Shown here piece after piece: positions 30,182 through 37,756 of a DNA stretch of 64,000 bases (within the stretch, counting starts at the first letter, position 1; every line of letters starts with the position of its first letter). The notes below the pieces were generated by a model. It was not told the DNA's origin. It saw only the letters and a list, made by a program, of their open reading frames with translations, and ran no database searches. Position numbers and translations under genes: made by a program. This DNA is from an uncultured Acidobacteriota bacterium (GTDB lineage: Bacteria; Acidobacteriota; Vicinamibacteria; Fen-336): NCBI GenBank assembly GCA_963703985.1, contig CAVPGH010000001.1, positions 1,122,746 through 1,186,745 on the forward strand, given 5' to 3'.

Positions 30182-30651
30182 GCCGCGCAGTCCTGGCTGG
30201 CGCCCTCACGCTTGTGGCAGTCGAGACAGGCGTTCATATCCAAGCGCATCGGTGGGCGCCCGGGCGGCACGGCGCTCGTCCCCACGTCCGCGTGGCACGA
30301 CGCACACTCGAGCCGGGCGAGGCCGACGTGGCGCCGGTGAGAGAACATGACGTGCTCCGGGAGATGGGAAACGCGCAGCCAGGCGATCGGCTGGGCGCGC
30401 CCGGCCTCGTCCCATTTCACCCCCGCCGCGGCCCTCGGAGCCGTGGCGTGGCACTTCAGGCACACCGCCGCCTCGGGGATGCCGGCACGGGCTTGCTCAA
30501 AGGCGCCGCGGTGGCAGACGCCGCAGCCCATCCCTGCATGCCGGGCATGGTTGAAGGCGACAGGCTGGGCGAGGGGCGCCCGCGGCAGCAGCAGCATCCA
30601 TGCGCCGGCCACGGCCAGCGTCAGCGCGGCGAATCGAAGCAATCGGCCCAT
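30169..30651 (-). CDS. pentaheme c-type cytochrome (NrfB/ActA-like)
   Basis: Signal peptide plus five CxxCH motifs (CGVCH, CLKCH, CASCH, CLDCH, CAACH) in 160 aa; overlaps the Mo-subunit start by 13 nt. Confidence 0.75.
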   Translation of the reverse strand: MGRLLRFAALTLAVAGAWMLLLPRAPLAQPVAFNHARHAGMGCGVCHRGAFEQARAGIPEAAVCLKCHATAPRAAAGVKWDEAGRAQPIAWLRVSHLPEHVMFSHRRHVGLARLECASCHADVGTSAVPPGRPPMRLDMNACLDCHKREGASQDCAACHR

Positions 30652-30663
30652 GAGGGAAGCGGC

Positions 30664-31077
30664 CTAAAGGCCGGGTTTCGCCGCCGCCTCTTTGAGCTTC
30701 TTGTCGTAGAGCTCCTTCTTGCGGATCTTCGAGTCGTACACGACGAACTCGAAGATCTGCTTGCCCTCGTCCGGGCTGATGAAAGTGCCCGCCTTGCGCA
30801 TCATCCTCTTGATGTAGCGCTCCCACTCGTCGTCGAGGACGAATTCGCAGTTGATCGCGCGGGCCGGCGTGTGGCACTTGCTGCACTTCGTCAAGAAGAC
30901 CTTGTAGCGGGCCTTCATGTCTTCGGGGTACTTGGAGACGTCGATCTTGGCCGGACCCTTGTCATACGCGAGGATCCGCGGATCGACCGGCTCCTCCTTG
31001 TCCTGGGCCACGATCTTCAGGGCGAGCGCCGCGAAGGCCAGCAAGACAAGCGCGGTGACCGTAACGGTACGTGTCAT
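30664..31077 (-). CDS. monoheme c-type cytochrome, secreted (lysine-rich, lower GC)
   Basis: Signal peptide MTRTVTVTALVLLAFAALALK; single CSKCH; GC visibly lower (about 60%) than the flanks. Confidence 0.6.
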   Translation of the reverse strand: MTRTVTVTALVLLAFAALALKIVAQDKEEPVDPRILAYDKGPAKIDVSKYPEDMKARYKVFLTKCSKCHTPARAINCEFVLDDEWERYIKRMMRKAGTFISPDEGKQIFEFVVYDSKIRKKELYDKKLKEAAAKPGL

Positions 31078-31093
31078 GTCGGAAGCTCCTCCT

Positions 31094-33793
31094 CTAGAAG
31101 TTCAGGATGTAGGACACACCGAAGATGCTCACCCCGTAATTGAACGGCTGCTCGTTGGTCGGCAGCACGCCGCTCAGCGACCCGAGCTGCATGCCCTCGT
31201 AGGCCGGGTCGTTGGATCGCATGCGCAAGTACGAGTAGTCCAGGCGCACCGACTGGCGCTTGTCGATCGCGAATCGGCCGCTCAGGCGCAGCTCGCCCGT
31301 GTTGGTGGTGATCGTCGGCATCGGGGCGCCCGCGATGAAGAACGCCGCGATGGTCGTCGGAGGCCCGCCCGGGCCGTTGAGGATGTTGTTGGCCCAGTTT
31401 CCGCCCGCCGCTGCGCTGGTGTCCGACCGCGCGCGGGACAGGATCAAGTTGCCCAGAAGGTCGAAGCTGCCGGCCCGCTTCCGCAACCCGACGCCCACCG
31501 TGTGCACCTTGTCGAGCATGTTCGTGGACCAGTCCAGGCACGGGTCCAGCTTGTTGTTGTTGTTCCGCTGTTGCAGCGTGGTGTAGCCGTCGCAGCTGTT
31601 GCCCGAGAGGCCGACCGCCCCTGGCTGACCGTTGTTCAAGGCGGCCACGTTGCTGTTGGCCGTATAGCTGTTGCCCGCGCGTCATGGGAACTGAAGTTCT
31701 CGTACGTGTAGCAGACGTTCACGCTCGTGGCGTCGCCCAGCGCGTAGGTCCCGTCGACGTTCACGGCCCAGTTCTTTGCGTCCTGAACGCCGTAGGTCGA
31801 GCCGGGGTAGCGGTCCTTGTTGAGATCCAGGCCGCCCTGGAACGACAGCTGCTCGGTTGCCTGCCAGCTGAGCAACGCGCGCAGCTTGTCTCGATTGCGA
31901 TCCGCCACGTAGTAGCGGCGCATCCCCGGAAGCTCGCTGATCCGGTTGTTGTTGGCGTACATCGCGTTGGCCAGGGCGTTGTTGCTCGGGAAGAACAGGT
32001 TCATGTTGCCGGTGGTGACGGCGAAGCCGGCCGCAGGTCCCCATCCGTTCCAACCGTTCGCCTGCATGAACGAAAGAGCGGTCGCGCCCCCGGTCGCCGC
32101 GGCCGGGCTGACGTTGGCGTACGGGACCAGCGCCAGGAAGGCGTTCTCGTTGTAGTCCGGCGCTCTGCGCGCGGAATACGCATAGCCGACCCGGGCGGTG
32201 ACCTTCTCACCCAGCGTGCGCCCGCCATTCGGCCCGCAGCGTGTGCTCGTTGGTCGTCGCCGCATCCGCGCAGCTGATCCAGGACGCGAAGCAGGCGCGG
32301 TCGATCTTCTCGAACTCGTAGCCGACCTTGATCCACTGGCCCTTCACGAAGCCGTAGTCGGCCTCGGCGGTGACCTGATTGAGCTTCCTGCTGTACGGAC
32401 GATTGGCGTTTGCGTTCTGTGCGACAACGGCGCCGAGAGGATTGTTGGGGCCGGCGGGGAAATTGGCGTTCGCCGCGGGCGCTTCGCCGGCGTCCGCGTA
32501 CTGGTAGATGTTGACGGCGGTGCGGTTGTCGCGGTCGTCGTACCTGTACGCCGCGGTCAGGGTCAGCTTCTTTGCCGGCCGGGTCGTGAATCGGCGTTGA
32601 ACGTCGTGGTCACGACGAGGCCGTCCAGCGAGCTGACCGGCACCACCGGCGTCGTCGCATCGGTCAGGAACGCGTCGTTCTGCGTGTTGCGTCGCGTACG
32701 ATCCGGTCGCGACCAGCTTGGTGGTCGAGCGAGAAGTTCATGCCGCCGGTCGCGTTCCACTGGTTGAAGGTGTTGCCCGGCGTGCTGCTCATGGTGTTGA
32801 CCGACCCTCGTGGGGGTCGCCCAGTTCTGCCACGACATGAACGGCACGTTGTTCTTGAAGAACGAGCCGTAGTACCCGGCCTGCGCGAAGCTCTTCGGGC
32901 CCGTGAAATTCAGACTCATGGCGACCTGGTTGTGATCGGTGTCGATCACATCGGGAATGATGGTCGAGATGTCGGCGCCGGTGTTTCGAGAGACCGTCCC
33001 CATCGGCTTCACACCGTCCTTGTGCTCGGGCCGGAAAGTCACGTCGACTCCCCAGCGCTGGTCGAAGTTGTAGTTGAGGCCGACGTCGAACCTCGTGCGC
33101 TTCGTGAACAGGTTGAAGTTGTGGAACAGCGGCACGTCGGCGGCCGCGGCGGCGTCGACGAGCGCCGTCTGGGCCGCGTTCGGCGTTCGCAACGCGCCCA
33201 TCGCCGGCGAGTTCGTCGCGACGTCGATGTAAGGCGCGTCGCCGATCGCCGGGATGAGGCCTCGCGCGCTGACGATGTTCGTCGTGTTGTTGGTGCCGCT
33301 GCTTCCGGCCACCGTCGGTACGATGCCAGGATCGCGGCAACGTGAGGACGTTCGTCCCCGTGCCGTTGAACGGCGTCTGATACGTGTCCGATCGGTTCCG
33401 GCGCAGCTCGTCGTAGCCGAACGTCAGCCGGAACTTGCCCTGCTGGCCGATCTGGGCGGATGCATTCGCGATCTCGAGGCCGAGATCGGTGCCCTTGATG
33501 CGCCACCGCAGCGTGCTGTCGCTGTTGTAGCCGGCGGCGCCGCCGCGCCAGTCGAGGTTGCCGATGCCGAACGCGCCCTTGTTCTCGAGGCCGTTGTATT
33601 CGCCGGCCTTGTAGGACCCGTCGCCGACGGTGCCCGCGCCGACTTCGACCGTGCTCGTCGGCTTGGTTTGGGCTTCCGCATGGGCAGCGTACGCGCGCCA
33701 GCGCCGCCGCGAGCGCGACTCGAGCGACGGCCACGCGAGCCCGGGTAGGCGAATTCGCTGTGCGTTTGTCATGACATCGCTCCCTGATCGCAT
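31094..33793 (-). CDS. MtrB/PioB-family outer-membrane porin (decaheme-associated beta-barrel), multiply frameshifted
   Basis: About 900 codons spread over at least three frames (ORFs 32789-33793, 32563-33312, 31636-32265, 31094-31648). Recurring beta-strand, Gly/Asn/Tyr-rich composition and the motif GYDELRRNRSDTYQTPF; terminal YILNF aromatic C-terminus; lies immediately downstream of the decaheme cytochrome. Confidence 0.55.
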
Positions 33794-33797
33794 CGGG

Positions 33798-34824
33798 TTA
33801 GCGCTGGAACTTCGCGCCGGCCGGGTGATTCGAGCCGTGAATCAGCACATGACAGTTCAGACACGCGCGCGCGCCCGCCTGGGCGCGCGGCGCCGCCGCG
33901 CCGGGCTGCTGAAGCCCGTTGATGGTGGTCACGTCGCCGACCGCCAGGTTCGCACCGCTGTTGACCTGTGCGCCGTGGTCGCCGCTGTGGCACTCCTGGC
34001 ACAGCCACGGCGCGCGCGCCTTGAGCAGCGGTGCGTTGCTCGAGCCGTGCGGCGTGTGGCAGTTGGTGCAGTCGTCCGAGACCGGCGCGTGCTCCCAGAG
34101 GAACGGGCCGCGCTTCTCGGGATGGCAGGTGAAGCAGGTCTCGTTGACCGAGTTCTTGACGAGCATCTTCGGACCGGTCGACCCGTGCGGGTTGTGGCAG
34201 TCCGAGCAGGCCATCTTGGCGGCGCTGGCCAGGCTGGTCACCGCCAGCGGATGGGTCGAGATGCGCCGCGTCTGCGCGCGCTGCGCCTTGTGGCAGGTGA
34301 AGCAGACGTCGGCCTGGGTCGCCTTGCTCAGCACCTTCTGTTCGGGAGCGTGGATGTTGTGGCAGTCGGTGCAGGCGACGCCACGACCCTCGTGCTGGCT
34401 GGCCGGTCCAGTAGGAGCGCAGGCCGGCCTCGTGGCACGACAGGCACTTGGCATTGCGTTCGGCGACGGGCGAGGCTTTCCGCCCCTTGTACACGATGCC
34501 CACCGGATTGCTCGTGACGGCAATGTGGTCGGGACTCGCCCCGTGACACGTTTCGCACAGGTGCTGGGCGAACGGCGTGCGCTGATCGCCCTTGACGGCG
34601 TGCGGCGTCTGGAGGATCAACGTGGTCGGCTCTTGGTTGTGGCACTCGCGCAGGCAGGTCTGCACGGGATTCGGCGCGTACTCCGGCGGTCCGGGCGCGG
34701 GCGCAGAGGTCGGCTCCTGGTCGGCGCGCGCCGGCGCGGTCGCGACGGTGAGCGCGGCGAGGACCAGCGCGCCGATGTGGGCAGCGTGTCTTTGGCGTTG
34801 CACGGAACGGGCGCGGATTGACAT
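33798..34824 (-). CDS. decaheme c-type cytochrome (MtrA/MtoA/PioA-like), one frameshift
   Basis: ATG at 34824 with AAGGAG RBS; signal peptide MSIRARSVQRQRHAAHIGALVLAALTVATAPARA. Hemes 1-3 (CLRECH, CETCH, CLSCH) are in one frame. Hemes 4-10 (CTDCH, CFTCH, CSDCH, CFTCH, CTNCH, CQECH, CLNCH) are in the frame of ORF 33798-34523. Total ten CxxCH in about 340 aa. Confidence 0.7.
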
Positions 34825-34859
34825 GGGTTCTGCGCTCCTTCGACAGAGAGCCGTCGGCT

Positions 34860-35312
34860 TCACCGCCACTTCTCCGCGGCCCCGGACTTCGGAAGGAGGC
34901 TCATGAGGTGCTCGACCAGGTCGGTCAGCTCCGCGTCGGACATCTGAGCGCCCCAGCCGGGCATCCTGTACGGCGGCCGCGGACCTTTCGCGTCCTCGCG
35001 GCCGATCGTCGCCAGGCCATCGAGGATCTTCTTCTTCAGCTCGGCGCGCGTGAACCCCTCCGCCACGAACGTCAAGCCGGGCACTTTGCCGTCTGTCTCC
35101 GCGTTCCGGTTGGCGAACCCGCCCTTGGCGTCGGCGCCGTGGCACAGCCCGCACCCGTAGCGCTCGTAGACGCGGCGGCCGCGTTCCGGAGCGGCCTCCC
35201 GGCCCGCGTCACGGGGCACGGCGCGAACGATACGGGGCAGCGGCGTCCGCGTCTGGGCCCAGGCGGCCATGCCCAGCAGGACCAGCAGCGCGAACGGGAG
35301 CAGCCGCCTCAC
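34860..35312 (-). CDS. monoheme class-I c-type cytochrome, secreted
   Basis: Signal peptide MRRLLPFALLVLLGMAAWAQ; CGLCH; 150 aa. Confidence 0.65.
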   Translation of the reverse strand: MRRLLPFALLVLLGMAAWAQTRTPLPRIVRAVPRDAGREAAPERGRRVYERYGCGLCHGADAKGGFANRNAETDGKVPGLTFVAEGFTRAELKKKILDGLATIGREDAKGPRPPYRMPGWGAQMSDAELTDLVEHLMSLLPKSGAAEKWR

Positions 35313-35369
35313 GCCCCCAACGATGGGCCCCGAGAATTAAGGAACGATGAAACGCCGGTGAGGGACGCC

Positions 35370-36851
35370 TTAATCCAGCGAGGACGCCGGGTCGGCTTGG
35401 GGGGCCGGCTGGGAAGGGGGCGATCCGGCCCCCTCGGGCGCACTTGGCAGGTAGACCGCGAAAGTGGACCCCCGGCCGGGGACGCTGGTGAGCTTGATGG
35501 TGCCCCGGTGCAGCCGCACGATCTGCTCGACGATGGCGAGACCGAGGCCGGAACCGCCCGTGTCGCGAGCACGCGCCGGATCCGATCGGTAGAACGGCTC
35601 GAAGATGTGGGGCAGATCCTGTGGCTCGATCCCACAGCCGTGATCCACGACCATCACCATCGCGTGGCCGTGGGGCCGCCCAACGGTCACGACGACGTTG
35701 GACGCGGCCGGAGAATAGCGGATCGCGTTCTGGAGCAGGTTGAGCACGACCCGCCGCAGGTGGAGCGGGCTGCCGAGCACCAGGGGGCGGCCCTGGATGG
35801 ACGTCTCCACCACCACCTGTTTCTCCTCCGCCATGGCGCTCGCGATCTCGCAGCACTCCAACACGAGCTCGGCCAGGTCCACGCCCTCGGCCACCTCCAG
35901 CATCTGACCTCGATCGGCCAGGGCCAGCAAGCGCAGATCACGGATCAGCGTCGACAGGCGCTCGGTCTCCTCGAGCAGGCCGGCGGCGAGCGCGCGGTAG
36001 TCGGTCGGAGTCCGATCCGCGCGCAAGCACAACTCGACGGCACCGCGCATCGCGGCCAGCGGCGTCTGCAGCTCGTGCGACGCGTCGGCCGCGAAGCGGC
36101 GGGCGCTGCGGAGCGATCCCTCGATCCGGTCGAGCATCTCGTTGAGGGTCGTGGCCAAGCCGTCGATCTCGTCGCTGCCGGTACGCGCCTCGAGCCGCTC
36201 GTTGATGTGGGCCGATTGGATCAGCTGGACCCGGCGCACGATCTCGTCCACCGGGGCCAGCGCCCGGCGCGCGGTGAAGGCGCTGCCGTAGCTCGCGAGC
36301 ACCAGCACCACCACGATGGACAGCACCATCCCGAGGGCCAGGCGGACCTGGTCGCGGCGCACCGGCTCCACCGAGGCCGCCAACTGCACGATCAGGCTCT
36401 CCGCTCCCGGTCGTGGGACCACGGCCGTCGCGACCCGTAGCGGGGCTCCCGAGATGTCCGCCACGGTGATGAGCGGCGTGCGCTCGCGGACCGCCGCCGC
36501 GGCCGCGCGCTCGCTCGCCCAGTCCAGCCGCGGGAACCCCCGCGAGCGGAAGAGCACCGGTCCGGACGCCTGGCGCACGAGCACCGGCGCCTCCGCCGCC
36601 ACCTCGCTCGCGAGAACGCTTGCCACGTCGAGGGTCAGCAGAGCCGCGCGGCGATCCGCCACGAACCCGAGCAGGCGCACTTGCAGCTCGCGATCGAGCT
36701 CGTGGTAGGAGGTCCGCGCCTGGCTGACCAGGACGAACACGGCCAGGGTTCCGAGCGCGCCGCTGAGGGTGAGCAGGTACCAGAGCGTCAGGCGGGTGCG
36801 AAGGCTCCTAGGGCGAAGTCGAGCCAGGATCCCCAAGGACATACCCCACAC
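35370..36851 (-). CDS. sensor histidine kinase (CusS/CzcS heavy-metal-sensor-like)
   Basis: Two TM helices with periplasmic loop, HAMP, H-box ASHELQTPLAAMRGAVE, and HATPase G-boxes (DHGCGI, GGSGLGLAIV). Confidence 0.8.
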   Translation of the reverse strand: MWGMSLGILARLRPRSLRTRLTLWYLLTLSGALGTLAVFVLVSQARTSYHELDRELQVRLLGFVADRRAALLTLDVASVLASEVAAEAPVLVRQASGPVLFRSRGFPRLDWASERAAAAAVRERTPLITVADISGAPLRVATAVVPRPGAESLIVQLAASVEPVRRDQVRLALGMVLSIVVVLVLASYGSAFTARRALAPVDEIVRRVQLIQSAHINERLEARTGSDEIDGLATTLNEMLDRIEGSLRSARRFAADASHELQTPLAAMRGAVELCLRADRTPTDYRALAAGLLEETERLSTLIRDLRLLALADRGQMLEVAEGVDLAELVLECCEIASAMAEEKQVVVETSIQGRPLVLGSPLHLRRVVLNLLQNAIRYSPAASNVVVTVGRPHGHAMVMVVDHGCGIEPQDLPHIFEPFYRSDPARARDTGGSGLGLAIVEQIVRLHRGTIKLTSVPGRGSTFAVYLPSAPEGAGSPPSQPAPQADPASSLD

Positions 36852-37494
36852 CGCGGACGGCCACTATCAGGCTGGGCCGCCCGGGAACGTCGAGCTTCTC
36901 GCGCAAGTGCTTGACGTGAACGTCGACCACGTTGCTCCCGGGATCGAAAGTGCAGTCCCACACGTGCTCGGCGATCATGGCCCGAGTCAGCACGACACCG
37001 GACCGCCGCATGAGGTACTCCAAGAGCGCGTACTCCCTCGGGGTGAGGGCGATCAGCCGGCCGGATCGCTTGACGGTGTGCGTCGCGGGATCGAGATCCA
37101 GGTCCCCGGCGGTGAGGACCGGCGCTTCCGTGACGCGGTGGCGCCGGCTCAGGGCGCGCAGGCGCGCCGCCAGTTCCTCCAGCGCGAACGGCTTGACCAG
37201 GTAGTCGTCGGCTCCCGCATCCAGCCCACGGACGCGGTCCTCGACCATGTCCCGCGCCGAGATGATGAGGATCCGGGTCTTGTTGCCCGCCGCGCGAAGG
37301 CGCTTGCAGACGGTCAGGCCGTCGATGCCGGGCAGCATCAGGTCCAGCACGATCGCGTCGTAGTCGTAGGTGGCGGCCAGCTCCAGAGCGCTCGGGCCGT
37401 CGTGTGCGACGTCGACGGCAAACGACTCCTCGGCGAGCGCCCGACAGATGTAGTGCGCCATGCGCCGCTCGTCCTCGACGACCAGGAGCCTCAA
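36808..37494 (-). CDS. OmpR-family response regulator (CusR-like)
   Basis: Receiver MRLLVVEDERR...DLMLPGIDG...wHTH VRGVGYVL; the likely TTG start at 37494 restores the receiver N-terminus (the ORF-track start 37581 is too far upstream). Confidence 0.75.
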   Translation of the reverse strand: MRLLVVEDERRMAHYICRALAEESFAVDVAHDGPSALELAATYDYDAIVLDLMLPGIDGLTVCKRLRAAGNKTRILIISARDMVEDRVRGLDAGADDYLVKPFALEELAARLRALSRRHRVTEAPVLTAGDLDLDPATHTVKRSGRLIALTPREYALLEYLMRRSGVVLTRAMIAEHVWDCTFDPGSNVVDVHVKHLREKLDVPGRPSLIVAVRGVGYVLGDPGSTSP

Positions 37495-37756
37495 CTGGTT
37501 GCCCGGCGCGGCTCGGCCCGCGCTACTCGACCCGGTGCCCCAGGTCGTGCGGCAGGCCGAGGTCCTTGATCTGCCCGACACCCTTGTCGAGCAAGCCCGC
37601 TGACCGGCAAGGTCGGGTCATCGGGGCGAAGGTGGACGTTCTGCGGCATGGCTCGCGGTATCGCGAGCGACAACTATGCCGCGGGCGCGGGCTGCGCGCA
37701 AACGCCGAGTAGTCAAAGCGCCTCGAAGGTCCCGAAAAAGCCAGGTCCTATCCCTC

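Noticed and set aside
33769-35154. 461-aa minus ORF
   Set aside because: Only the stretch from MSIRARSV (34824) through the CLSCH heme is genuine (the MtoA-like N-terminus); upstream residues and most of the downstream part are wrong-frame.
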